Origin: Stramenopiles sp. TOSAG23-6
Taxonomy: Eukaryota
Reading direction: 5' to 3'
Length of the DNA: 64,000 nucleotides
Assembly (NCBI GenBank): GCA_900128565.1
Contig: LT635915.1
Location: 1-64,000 of the forward strand
In this document: positions 1 through 10,728 of the stretch, one piece after another
Position numbering within the stretch: position 1 is the stretch's first letter
Layout of the letters: each line of letters begins with the position of its first letter
Notes under the pieces: model-generated
Told to the model about the DNA's origin: nothing
Databases searched by the model: none
What the model saw: the letters and a program-made list of their open reading frames with translations, nothing else
Translations under genes and position numbers: made by a program

Positions 1-155
1 CTAAAGATGATTCCAGCAGGATTTCGTGTCATTCCTTCCCAATTCTATAACCTTGAAGGGAATGATAAGACTTCGCGAATCGCGATGACCAATGGCCATT
101 GACCATCGATGACCCAGAGCGTATAAACCAACCGTTCAAGAATTATTTTTCTAGT

Positions 156-1037
156 ATGATGAAGTTAGCTGCTTCCTCGACTTACAGGTTTGCAACACGC
201 ATTAGTTTTAAACCAAAGCAGTGCAATACTCTTTACAGTGTACATCGTTTATTTTCTGCCTCTACAGAAGGAGTTGTCGATACAAGTGAGTATGATGAAA
301 CTCAACTCGCCATGATGGAAGAGCTTTGTATTGTATGTGACTTAGACGATAATATTGTAGGGTCAGATACTAAAAAGAATGTTCACCTAATTGATGGTAT
401 ATCGATGAAGTCTGGTGGTTTGCCCCATAGAGCTTTTAGTGTATTCCTTTTCAATGAAAAATATGAATTATTGTTACAGAAGCGGTCGAGTGAAAAAATT
501 TTATTTCCATTGCACTGGGCCAACACTTGTTGCTCACACCCTTTGGCAGCTGGTGCTACATTTCTTGGAAACACTATAAATGGTGAAGAAAAGGGATCAC
601 CAGGAACCGTACAAGCTGCCCGTCGAAAATTAGAGCAAGAACTTGGAATAGATCCTGAAAGTATACCTACTGATGCATTTCATTTTGTCACAAAAGTGCA
701 TTACAAAGCACCTTTGCCTGGGCCAAATCCTAAGTGGGGCGAACATGAGATTGATTACATTTTGCTTGCACAGGTTTCTCAAGATACCATTGAATCATCT
801 TTGAAGCCAAATCCTGGAGAAGTTTGTGATATTCAATGGATAAGCCAAAGTGCGTGTCGTGCGTTTGTTGAAACTTCAAGCGACCCTCACAAAGAATATG
901 ATAGTGGTAGTGGTGAATGGATATCTCCATGGTTTTCAGCGATCGAAGGTTCTTTACTTCACAATTGGTGGGATAAAATGAAAGCTGGTGAGAGTGTGGA
1001 ACCTGATGGTAAGATTCATAGACTGAAGGGAGTGTAA
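156..1037 (+). CDS. IDI1: Isopentenyl-diphosphate delta-isomerase type 1 (Nudix fold) with N-terminal mitochondrial-like presequence
   Basis: Motifs HRAFSVFLFN, LLLQKRS, FP..WANTCCSHP, RKLEQELGI, WGEHEIDY. First ATG at 156 (the track starts at an upstream TTG at 99). Confidence 0.95.
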   Translation: MMKLAASSTYRFATRISFKPKQCNTLYSVHRLFSASTEGVVDTSEYDETQLAMMEELCIVCDLDDNIVGSDTKKNVHLIDGISMKSGGLPHRAFSVFLFNEKYELLLQKRSSEKILFPLHWANTCCSHPLAAGATFLGNTINGEEKGSPGTVQAARRKLEQELGIDPESIPTDAFHFVTKVHYKAPLPGPNPKWGEHEIDYILLAQVSQDTIESSLKPNPGEVCDIQWISQSACRAFVETSSDPHKEYDSGSGEWISPWFSAIEGSLLHNWWDKMKAGESVEPDGKIHRLKGV

Positions 1038-1100
1038 TATATAATATATACTTTTGTCATTTATTTTTTTATAAAAGTAATGATTACTAGACCATTTTTT

Positions 1101-4100
1101 TTAATAAAGCATTCCATTATGTTGCCTCGTCATTGAGAGTACTCGCGTACTTTGACCAAAACTATTCCAAACCATAAGTTGTCTTAATTGCTCAAGTCGC
1201 GAAGCGCTTAAATATAATGGCTTTCCACGGCGTAAATTTCGGTCTTCTTCACCATGTTCATNAAGGTACAATGATCCCCACATGCATCGCCTACGACGTC
1301 CCATGGTCAATAATACCAGTGATTCACGAAGAAGAAGAAAACATCCTGAACCTGCTCCACAACAATCCGAATGTCGAGTAACTTCTCCACATCCATCTAC
1401 TAGACAACATTTAGATAACCAGCACAATAACCTACCACACACAAGGCACAATGCAGCCATTTGAGGTACCTTATTACAAACGATGCACTTTTTCTCACGA
1501 TTATCTAAATAAATACGAGCGTAAATCTTTGGTAGCGGTATAAGTTGAAAAGGCTCACTTAGGTTGAATGAAGGAAGTAATGCTTGGATAGGTGTTGCTG
1601 AACCTCGTAGTGCATTTTGCATTTGTGACATCCAAACACCTATTAAAGATCTATGATTCCTTACGACATTTAAATGATTCTTCGAATTAGGCGCTTTGGC
1701 CGTGAAACAAAACTGCACATCTCTCAATTGTAAGTGAGCACATAGTACATTTAATTCAGCTTGTACATTTCTCCTATGTATACTATTAGTTGGATCGTGT
1801 GTTGAAGATGTTTCATCCATCTTTTCCTCATTTTTTAATGGCATCGAGAGATTAATTGTAGACATGTCTTGCCCTATCGTTCCTAAAGCAGTCATTAGCA
1901 ACGACAATTTACGTAGTAAAGACAATATCAATTCATTCACAATACATTTGAGTTCATTTTCAACTCCTACTGTGGTCTCCTTTGGAAAGAGACTATTACA
2001 ACATAATTGAACAACTGATTTAGGTAATACAACATTTGAAATTGTATCATCTAGGGGACATGAACCATCATCTCGTTTACGGTGCATTTCTCTCCAAATC
2101 CAAATGTATGCCTCTAATAGTGTGGTCGGTGGATTTCCTGGATCATTTGGAGGTTTTGGTGGATTTCCTAAAATAGATTGGTGTGTATCTTCACAAAATG
2201 GTCCAGGTAATCCAGAGCGTGCACGGCATACACAAATACAAAACAAAGCTTGCATGACTGCAGCAGGATAAAATAGATCAACCATCTTCGAAGCAGCCGT
2301 ACCTAAGCCTGAAAATGGAACACGTAAAGTTGCAGCTGACCCAAACAACCATCTTGTTAATACAGGAAATAAATCTAAAGATAATACAGATTGTACATCA
2401 TTGCTGCTTCTTAGATTACATGTTTTAATACCTTTCAACTTCCGCGGTAATACATGTGTCGAAATATGTACAAAAGCATTAGTAACAAAGTCTGGAACAA
2501 TTGGCATTCTTGATACACGAGGTTGATTGCCAGATCTATATAATGATAATGCATAAATGCACTGCGCTAAATGCAACATTGTTGTTTTCCGTCGCTCAGG
2601 TAAGCTTGAAACACATTTTGATCGGAGAGCAAATTCATCCATTGCAACATTTGTCGCAATTGTATTTGACATATTCAACAGAAATATTCGAAGTGGTGAT
2701 CGTGAAAGTAATGCATTTGAACCATGTTGTGCTTCTAGTAATAATTGTCCAAAATTAAGCAAGTTTGTGAGTAATGGATTACCAAAAGGTCTTTGAGTGC
2801 ATTTCTCTGAAATCTGCGAAACTTCTTCACCCCAGACATAACCTGCAACCCATAGAGCTAGATTATGTCGATTAGATAGTTCTGAATTTTCCTCGAGGAT
2901 ACTACTGTTATTATTAGCAGGTATTCCCGTTGCCCCAGGCATTTCCCTTGGTATTGATGTACTGACTAAACCTAATGCAATTCGCTCAGAAAGACGACGT
3001 GACTCATTCTCACCAGAAAATGACATACGTTTTGACTCACTAACAACAGGAGAAGATTTTGGACAATGACCCGTCATTGCCTGTGATATTGAAACTGTTT
3101 TGATTTTCGTGTCATTAAATTCTGTCCCCGATGTGGAACTTGACGGAATATTAGGCAACAATGGAATTAACGAATTTCCTAGACGACGACAAATTGGACA
3201 AAGAAATTCATGATCGTCTATATTAACAACTAAATGACCTTCAAATGTCTGCCTTTGTATATGTCGTTCCTGTAGTGATAAATAATACGATTCGAAGCAC
3301 TGCGTATGAATAAAATGCCCACAACTTTGAACGTGTGCTGATTTATTTTGTTTTGAAGTGGAGCTCCCACCACTAGTTATATCGGAACATAACATATTTC
3401 TATAACAAGCATTAATTTCATTGGACGAGCAACCAACATTTACTACACCATCGGTATCTTTGACCGATAAAGATTGTTCATCATCTCCTTCGAGACTCGC
3501 ATCTTCAGAAGACTCTTTGAGAAGTTGTTTTAACTTCGCATTTGCCTCTGCTAATTCTTCGTTTGCAATAGCTAGACGTGCAATAAGACCAGATTTATCC
3601 ATCACAGAACAATTTGAAGGTAACAAAGCCTGTGTAGCTTCCATTTGTGCTTGTTTTTTCTGGCTTGCATTCATGCGCGCAAGAGCTAACTCACTTATAT
3701 TGTGACTACCCCCTCCAAAACATTTTTCTGACAATACATTTGCAGCAGCACAACGGCGCATTGCCGATATGCCACCGCGTAATTCCTCACGTTTTGACAT
3801 CCAACTACAATATTGTTTTTCACCTATAGAATTTCCTGCATATGTTGTTGTATATTCTGTCTTTGATTCAGTTATTTCAGCCATGCAATTTTCATCGTCA
3901 CCCTGATAACTATGTGATGGACACGCTTCAGGTTCTCTCCAGGCAGCGACGCCATTGTGTAACATTCGAGATGGTTGAACAAACGCAACAAGTGCAAATG
4001 GATTTAGACCTGCTGCAGTACTCCCTACGACACCTTTTTTTCTACATAGAACGCACTCAACACAAGATTGAGCACGTCCACGGATACGTGGCTGAGTAGC

Positions 4101-7100
4101 TCCAAGTACAGGAGAAGACATAGTATCTTTCATTCTAGGTAATGATTCTCCACAAATCTTTTCACGCGCGTCTTTTTCTGCAGCATCAATATGTGCTAAA
4201 GCAGTTTTCTGTTGTTGTTTAGCTAATTGTTTATTATCCTGTACATCAAGATCCATATCAGTAGACGAAAGTCTCCGACGTCGCTGAGACCGAAGGGTAG
4301 GTTTCCACGTACCTCCATTGACGACAACTGTTGAAGAACTTGTATCCATCGTATCATTTCTTGTACCAACCAAGTTCTCCAAATTTTCTGAAGTAGAAGG
4401 ACTTACATATTGGCTAGTATTGTTTACGGCTTCTTGATCACTACATTTTTCTTCCCCACTCATATTTGAGTCTTCTTCACCTGACGATGAAGTAGATATA
4501 TCGTAAAGATCCATAAAATTAGAAAACTGCTCTTGTTTCTTTTTCATAGCATCAATTGCAGCCGCTTGACGATCACTAGACATACGACGACGCATTTCTG
4601 AATTAGACTCGGCTGTACCTTTACCTTCATCTGCAACAGCTTGTTTCTTTCGTAAAATATCAACTTTTGCAGCACTATCTGGAGAATGTTCATGTAATAA
4701 TTGAAATATGCTTTCTATATACTCATGTTGTTCAGAGAAAGATTCTGTCCCTAACATAATTGACAATATTTCTCCAATATTTCTTGAGATTTCCGGTTTG
4801 GTATCAGTATCTTCAGTTTTTGTACCTACATTGGGAATGTCGATAGGATGCCAAACATTTGTGAATGGATTTGATGTAGGATAACATATAGTGTGTATAC
4901 AAAACTTGGGAATTCTACCTCCTTGCACAGTAAAAAACTCTTCAAACATCGTGGCAGGAACACTATAATGTCCTCTTCCTTCTTCTTCATCTTTACTCTC
5001 AGGACTATTTGATGTACATCGCACGGAAGAATAATCCATGTAATCACTTGTTGAACTCGACGCATCATTATTCTCTTCATGATCAATATCCATTTGGAAA
5101 CTTTCATCAGTCGGCATTGAAAGTATAGGAGTTCCTCCTTCTTTATTTACTGAAACACTATTGCTTTTATTCTCGTAATAATTTGGAACTAATCCATTTT
5201 CCATCTCTTCATCGGACCATTCAGAGTCATTCAATTGAAGTGCTAAAGCTAATACATATAATGCAGCACTAACACATCCATCAGATGATCTTTTACTACC
5301 CCATAAAGCATTTTGTAACACGCAGAAAATTATACCATGTAGGGGAGCATTCCATAATACTTGCCACGGTAAAGTCTTTAGTGCAGGGAATGTATCTACC
5401 ATTATTTGAACAGGTAAAAGTTGTGTGCTGCCACTACCAAAGATACTATTAGATCTTTCACGACTACGAGAGAGGAAACCATGCGAGGATGCATTAGATG
5501 AATCATTTGCTACAAGAGATGGCCCAGCAGACATGCTTTCAGATCTACTTGTATATCGAGGTCGAGTGCGCTGAATATGTTGTTGGTACTGTTGCTCCAT
5601 CTGCTGTCGGTCGAGGCGACTATAATGCAGAAAATATGGATTCACTTCCCTCCAGGCTTCAGGTTTTAAACGATAATGACCACTTTCCATTCGACCAGCA
5701 ACCATACCTGGCTCTATGAACGAAGATGATTTCTTAATAGAATCTTCAAACGCATCCAAAGCAGTTAAACGCGACGCAACGCGGCTACTTAATTGAGAAT
5801 GACTCATTTTACCAGTTGCAAGAATATGTAATACTTCCTTCTCCACTGCAGCTTTGGGTGTAAGGCCAGACCGACGTCTATCTGAAGCCAGAATAATGAT
5901 CATACTCAAAAGTTCTTCCGTCATGTATGCATCCCACTCTTCAGGTGGTTCTAATATATTGCTTTCGGTAGTTGCGTTGCTAGTTACATCCACTGGATGG
6001 TTGTCACCTGATACATTAAATAATCCTAAATCTCCTCTTTCAGCTGCATTTACAGAAGCAGCAACGATTTCACTATCATAACTACTATTGAAATCTTCGC
6101 CATCTAAACGTTCTGAATCAATCGAGAGTAATGACGGCATTTCAGTAGCATTTCTTTGAGGTATTCCATTGGAGTTATTTTCAGTTTTTTCTACTGGTGG
6201 ATCTAATTGAAGAAAATTTTCCGACTCAAAAGAGCGCGCCATTAATGGTATCAATTCTTTACCCCCCAACATAACAAATAATACTTGTAATAACATCACA
6301 TCCAAATCCAACCCAGTATCGTGCCAATAACGACTATAATAATATGCCACTTCTGACCACATGGCATCTCCATTGCGTACCCACATACCTGCTTGAACTT
6401 GGCGCACCAACACCTGAACACGAAGTGGCCGACTTACTAATGAGCGAAGCATGTCACGACTAAAACAAGACAGCGGCAGTAATTCTGTCAATGAAGCCCC
6501 AGGTAGTACTGCTAAAGATTCATGCAACATCCATGCAGTGAAGCGATGCAAAGGTAAATGAAAACTTGTCTTGTGCTTTGAAACACGGAAGAAACGACCA
6601 CGCTGTGTACATGGAGCCTTATCGTTGGCATCAGAAATATGTTGCTTCAGAGCTTCACCACACTGTAGAAGGAATCTAGCAGCCGTTTCTGTGCTTCGTA
6701 ATTCATCTAACATGGACCTATCCGCCAATCTAGTACGGTATCCGTCTACAACAGTACCACACAAAAGCATCATTTCGTGTGATAGAATAAAAGCTGATTG
6801 CCAAACAGCATCATCATACTCAACATGCTCCTCTAACTGTCTTACTTGTGGATTCATATCTTCCATGAGTGATAATAACTGTAATAATGACTTAGTTACA
6901 GGAGAATGATCTGATGCAAAGAGTACATAACTCGATACAATCTGATGAGAAAGCACAGTACGCAAATCTGCAACCATTCTTGAATAGATATTATCCTTTA
7001 CCAAACTATGAGAACAATCTACTGGACCACACCCGGCGACCAAACGTAAACTACTTAAATCAGTGTCAACATCTTCACAACTACTAGTTCCTTCTATGTC

Positions 7101-9041
7101 ACACACTTTCCTCTTTCGTTTCCCTGATGGAGTACTCACTCCATCAACTGGACTTGAAGAGAATGTTCTAGTAAGAGAAGTGTCACTTTGGTTAGAAGCA
7201 GTTTCCTTCATTTGTTTCACATTTTTAATTCTATTTCTACGACATCGATCAGATCTTGCTCTATTTCCAAAATAACCTCGACCTAAACCCTCTCCTATAC
7301 CTAACGAAATCTTTCGCGATTGTCCCTTTGAAGTTGTTTGAAGAAACAGAAACACAACCTTCCTTAATAAACCAGAGACCAAACGTTTTCGTTTAACAAG
7401 ACGTAATACTTGTTGTGGATTATGAAACAATTGACAAAAAATCCTATCTAGAAATCTGCTTAGTCCTTTGCTCACCTCAGGATCTGAAGGTTGCACTAAA
7501 TAATCTAATAAACGAGCATAGTGACGTACAAAGCATTCAGTATAAAATTCTTTGAACCTAGAATCAAACAGAAGTTTTAGATATAAAACACCTAAATCAT
7601 CTTGCTGTTCCCCAGGTAAAAGAAGTCCAGATGCCATTAGTCCATCAAGTAGAGTTATGACTGGTGGTTCTATTTTTCTCTGACGTTTTCTANCTTTTTT
7701 TGAAGAATTTGATTCATTACTATTTGAAATTCCAGAAAAAGTATACCGTAGATTATCTTCTGCATTTTTCATATTTTGAGCTACAATAGTTTCATTCATA
7801 GAAGTCTTTGTATCTTCATCTATCACTTTAAATTCTTTAGAAACTGTACTAAATGTATTTGACTTTGTTTCTTGTCTACGAGCTTCAATTGGACTATAGC
7901 AACTATTACTACTATCACTTGCGGGATCAAAATCTCCAAATCCACTGTCACTTGTAAAGCGAAGTTTTTGTTGAAATAATAAACTTGGACTAGTCCGTCG
8001 ATCAGTAGAACTTTGAGATACAGACTGCAATACACGCGATGGAACTGGATTATATGCTTCAAAGCATGTTGACACATTGCCACTTCCTCCAAATCCAGAC
8101 CCAAGGCGAAGAACTCGAGGTTCTTGAAATACATTACATACTAAGTGACGTAAAGCACAACACAACTCACAGGACTTTTGCAACCATAGGACAACTTTTT
8201 GAACAAGCAGTGATTGATTTTGCATTTCTTCCCGCATACGTCGTGGTGTGATATTAGAATCAGATAATGGCGTATCTTTGGATTCCTCGAAAGATGAAGA
8301 AGTAGCAGCAGCACTAATATTTCTAGAGGGTGAAGTGAAGCTATCTCCAAGAAATGTATTTGTTCTTGACTGATCACTGGAGTACTGAGATAATAGTGAG
8401 GGTCGATTTCTTTTCCGTGCAAGCTCATCATGATATTTACCAATATTTTCAACAAGATAAACGAGATAATATACAGCTGCACGAACCGCCAGAGTCGCGC
8501 CCTGTCTAATATTTGGTGAAAGTTCTTTGAAGTCATTAGCCGCGCCATCACCTGTTCGGTTACGACGATGCTTTTTACAAAATCCTTTTGGATCCCAAGC
8601 TAAAGGATCCCCACAGTCACAACAACCACCAGAAGAAGATCTATACATGCGATAATCATGTCCAATATGATCCTCTGGATCAAAGCATTTTACACACATA
8701 CAACTTGACTCACTGATACCACACGTTTTGCATCGGTAAGCAATGTGGTCGTCCGTCCAAACTTCTTCACACTTTACATCCGCAGGATAAGTCTGTCGAA
8801 TATGCGCAAGTGTTATCAATGGATTTTCACCACCTGCCATAAGCCAATCTAGAAGAGTCAAACAAAGATCAAGTTTATGTTGTGCTGCGCTATTGACATG
8901 TTCATTATTTAAATTATCTAAAAATATAGTGACGAGAATATTTAGCGCAACTGGAAGCTTCAAACCTAGTAATTTCTTAGCAGTTGCCGTCGGGGTTTTT
9001 ATATCATATCCTGAGGGCTTATCACTCTCTTGAGCTCCCAT
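1101..9041 (-). CDS. UBR-box/RING N-degron E3 ubiquitin ligase (UBR1-3/PRT6 type)
   Basis: UBR box CEEVW..YRCKTC..CMCVKCF..H.GHDY..GGCCDCGD.AW..GFCKKH; QVQAGMWVRNG; split RING (CVLC ... SCGHFIH.QC ... FLCPICRRLGN); C-terminal YLxEHGEEDRNLRRGKPLYL. Uninterrupted 2646-aa ORF. Confidence 0.93.
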   Translation of the reverse strand: MGAQESDKPSGYDIKTPTATAKKLLGLKLPVALNILVTIFLDNLNNEHVNSAAQHKLDLCLTLLDWLMAGGENPLITLAHIRQTYPADVKCEEVWTDDHIAYRCKTCGISESSCMCVKCFDPEDHIGHDYRMYRSSSGGCCDCGDPLAWDPKGFCKKHRRNRTGDGAANDFKELSPNIRQGATLAVRAAVYYLVYLVENIGKYHDELARKRNRPSLLSQYSSDQSRTNTFLGDSFTSPSRNISAAATSSSFEESKDTPLSDSNITPRRMREEMQNQSLLVQKVVLWLQKSCELCCALRHLVCNVFQEPRVLRLGSGFGGSGNVSTCFEAYNPVPSRVLQSVSQSSTDRRTSPSLLFQQKLRFTSDSGFGDFDPASDSSNSCYSPIEARRQETKSNTFSTVSKEFKVIDEDTKTSMNETIVAQNMKNAEDNLRYTFSGISNSNESNSSKKXRKRQRKIEPPVITLLDGLMASGLLLPGEQQDDLGVLYLKLLFDSRFKEFYTECFVRHYARLLDYLVQPSDPEVSKGLSRFLDRIFCQLFHNPQQVLRLVKRKRLVSGLLRKVVFLFLQTTSKGQSRKISLGIGEGLGRGYFGNRARSDRCRRNRIKNVKQMKETASNQSDTSLTRTFSSSPVDGVSTPSGKRKRKVCDIEGTSSCEDVDTDLSSLRLVAGCGPVDCSHSLVKDNIYSRMVADLRTVLSHQIVSSYVLFASDHSPVTKSLLQLLSLMEDMNPQVRQLEEHVEYDDAVWQSAFILSHEMMLLCGTVVDGYRTRLADRSMLDELRSTETAARFLLQCGEALKQHISDANDKAPCTQRGRFFRVSKHKTSFHLPLHRFTAWMLHESLAVLPGASLTELLPLSCFSRDMLRSLVSRPLRVQVLVRQVQAGMWVRNGDAMWSEVAYYYSRYWHDTGLDLDVMLLQVLFVMLGGKELIPLMARSFESENFLQLDPPVEKTENNSNGIPQRNATEMPSLLSIDSERLDGEDFNSSYDSEIVAASVNAAERGDLGLFNVSGDNHPVDVTSNATTESNILEPPEEWDAYMTEELLSMIIILASDRRRSGLTPKAAVEKEVLHILATGKMSHSQLSSRVASRLTALDAFEDSIKKSSSFIEPGMVAGRMESGHYRLKPEAWREVNPYFLHYSRLDRQQMEQQYQQHIQRTRPRYTSRSESMSAGPSLVANDSSNASSHGFLSRSRERSNSIFGSGSTQLLPVQIMVDTFPALKTLPWQVLWNAPLHGIIFCVLQNALWGSKRSSDGCVSAALYVLALALQLNDSEWSDEEMENGLVPNYYENKSNSVSVNKEGGTPILSMPTDESFQMDIDHEENNDASSSTSDYMDYSSVRCTSNSPESKDEEEGRGHYSVPATMFEEFFTVQGGRIPKFCIHTICYPTSNPFTNVWHPIDIPNVGTKTEDTDTKPEISRNIGEILSIMLGTESFSEQHEYIESIFQLLHEHSPDSAAKVDILRKKQAVADEGKGTAESNSEMRRRMSSDRQAAAIDAMKKKQEQFSNFMDLYDISTSSSGEEDSNMSGEEKCSDQEAVNNTSQYVSPSTSENLENLVGTRNDTMDTSSSTVVVNGGTWKPTLRSQRRRRLSSTDMDLDVQDNKQLAKQQQKTALAHIDAAEKDAREKICGESLPRMKDTMSSPVLGATQPRIRGRAQSCVECVLCRKKGVVGSTAAGLNPFALVAFVQPSRMLHNGVAAWREPEACPSHSYQGDDENCMAEITESKTEYTTTYAGNSIGEKQYCSWMSKREELRGGISAMRRCAAANVLSEKCFGGGSHNISELALARMNASQKKQAQMEATQALLPSNCSVMDKSGLIARLAIANEELAEANAKLKQLLKESSEDASLEGDDEQSLSVKDTDGVVNVGCSSNEINACYRNMLCSDITSGGSSTSKQNKSAHVQSCGHFIHTQCFESYYLSLQERHIQRQTFEGHLVVNIDDHEFLCPICRRLGNSLIPLLPNIPSSSTSGTEFNDTKIKTVSISQAMTGHCPKSSPVVSESKRMSFSGENESRRLSERIALGLVSTSIPREMPGATGIPANNNSSILEENSELSNRHNLALWVAGYVWGEEVSQISEKCTQRPFGNPLLTNLLNFGQLLLEAQHGSNALLSRSPLRIFLLNMSNTIATNVAMDEFALRSKCVSSLPERRKTTMLHLAQCIYALSLYRSGNQPRVSRMPIVPDFVTNAFVHISTHVLPRKLKGIKTCNLRSSNDVQSVLSLDLFPVLTRWLFGSAATLRVPFSGLGTAASKMVDLFYPAAVMQALFCICVCRARSGLPGPFCEDTHQSILGNPPKPPNDPGNPPTTLLEAYIWIWREMHRKRDDGSCPLDDTISNVVLPKSVVQLCCNSLFPKETTVGVENELKCIVNELILSLLRKLSLLMTALGTIGQDMSTINLSMPLKNEEKMDETSSTHDPTNSIHRRNVQAELNVLCAHLQLRDVQFCFTAKAPNSKNHLNVVRNHRSLIGVWMSQMQNALRGSATPIQALLPSFNLSEPFQLIPLPKIYARIYLDNREKKCIVCNKVPQMAALCLVCGRLLCWLSKCCLVDGCGEVTRHSDCCGAGSGCFLLLRESLVLLTMGRRRRCMWGSLYLXEHGEEDRNLRRGKPLYLSASRLEQLRQLMVWNSFGQSTRVLSMTRQHNGMLY

Positions 9042-9406
9042 TTTACTGAATGATCAACCCAGACCCAGATTGCGCCAAGAAATGACGATAGGATACACAA
9101 CACAATGTCATAAGGACGTCTCTAGTGTACAAAAATGAATTTCAAGAGATAACGTACACCATCCACTTTTTTTTTTTTAACCCGGTACTGGCAAAAAAAG
9201 TTCATCATCGGTGGGTAAAAAATTGAAAAGAAAATAATACACAATTCACATAATAATTTTAATCTTTTTTATTGGGAATTATAATCATACAAAAAAATAT
9301 ATTGATGCTTATACAAGTTATATACATTATCATCAAATTTGGGGGACACGGATAATACAGAAAGAATCGGGAAATAAATACATAGGAAAGAGAGATCAAG
9401 AGAGTT

Positions 9407-10444
9407 CTAAAAAAAATCATCTAATATCGAAATTGGTGACATTTCCATACATTTGTTATTCTCGGTGTTATTTCTCTTAAATGGTGTTTTGATATTGGAT
9501 ATTTGAGCATTGTGTTGTTTCGAATTGAAAGAATTTTCTTTATTCTGACGACAATTTTCGAGATGGATTTCACGGGAAGCTTCAGCAGGCATAATTATCA
9601 TTTCTTTCTGAGTCACTAAAGATGGATCCTCACTATTAGGGATTTTTCTTGCTAACTCAATCAAATCAGGTGGAATTGAAATCGAAGAAAGTTCCAAACG
9701 AGCTGACACCAAATCATCGTTAAAAATAAAAGTCTCAAGAGTTTTTCTCTCGAAATCAGAACCTAAGACACAGTGATTTCGAGAAGAACATAAGTCAAGG
9801 ATCTTGTTAGCCATTTCGTTGACTTTTCCAAAATTTGACCAATCCTTTCTGTATACCGTGCAACGGTTCCCAGCTACAATTTTAAACTCAGAAATAAAGT
9901 TTAAATAACATTCGTGAAGTCCATTAAGATAAGCAATAGGAATTGCTTCTTCGCATTCTCTTTTGCGGACGCAATGTACCCTTCTATAGCACTCTGTTGG
10001 AGACACATCTAAATATACCATAACATCTGGCGGGGGCAACTCCTTTAAAAGTTGTTCTCGAAGTGTACAATAGAAGTCGAAACCTGCCTGATCTATATTC
10101 CCATCCTGAAAGTTCTTTAGTGCAAAAACAGAGTCACTCCATATTGAGCGGTCTAAAAGAACACCATTTACATTGGACTTGTTACTTTCATTGGCAATGA
10201 ACTTAAGTGCATTAATGTATGTAATATAGCGCTGTTTGAGGATCCATATTTGAAGCGCTAGAGCATATTTCTTCGGGTTCATATAATATAGCTCCAAAAA
10301 TGGATTTGCAGTGGTTGGTTCAAGAAATGTTGCAAAGCCAAGGTGCTCGCCTACTTGGTGACAAAGGGTACTTTTTCCAGCACTAATATTGCCCTCAATA
10401 ATAATGAGCCGTGGCATTTTACATTTATTTGTCTTCCTCATCAT
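9407..10444 (-). CDS. Deoxynucleoside kinase family protein (dNK/TK2/dCK-like)
   Basis: P-loop IEGNISAGKST, EP, LLDRSIWSD.VFA, PDVMVYLDVSP.EC..R...RKR.CE. First ATG at 10444. Confidence 0.92.
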   Translation of the reverse strand: MMRKTNKCKMPRLIIIEGNISAGKSTLCHQVGEHLGFATFLEPTTANPFLELYYMNPKKYALALQIWILKQRYITYINALKFIANESNKSNVNGVLLDRSIWSDSVFALKNFQDGNIDQAGFDFYCTLREQLLKELPPPDVMVYLDVSPTECYRRVHCVRKRECEEAIPIAYLNGLHECYLNFISEFKIVAGNRCTVYRKDWSNFGKVNEMANKILDLCSSRNHCVLGSDFERKTLETFIFNDDLVSARLELSSISIPPDLIELARKIPNSEDPSLVTQKEMIIMPAEASREIHLENCRQNKENSFNSKQHNAQISNIKTPFKRNNTENNKCMEMSPISILDDFF

Positions 10445-10524
10445 GATTAATGATAATTTTCTGAATGAAAGGCACGAAGGAGTAATAAAGAGAAATATGT
10501 GAAAGACTGAAGAGTGAGAAAAGC

Positions 10525-10584
10525 TTTGCGCGCCAAAACGAAAAATATAAGCGAATAAAGTACTAGTCAAAATTTTGGCGCGAA
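10525..10584. promoter_or_regulatory. Inverted pair of E2F-like sites in the dNK/CobW shared promoter
   Basis: tttgcgcgccaaaa at 10525-10538 (TTTTGGCGCG on the minus strand) and ttttggcgcgaa at 10573-10584; both match the E2F consensus TTTSSCGC. Confidence 0.6.
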
Positions 10585-10728
10585 CCGAACCCCAACCCTA
10601 GCTAAAATATAGCTTAATTCGGTCGAGTCATGAATGAAAGTCAGTGTGATACTTTAATCTAACTGAGGCAGGACTCTACATAATCTTATTATTACATCAC
10701 AAATTTGAAATATCTACACCAAAAGAAA

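Noticed and set aside
9042-9406. Possible small plus-strand gene or RNA at the other break in strand alternation
   Set aside because: The 365-bp gap has a poly-T tract but no ORF in the track, and no tRNA cloverleaf or snRNA motif that I can support.
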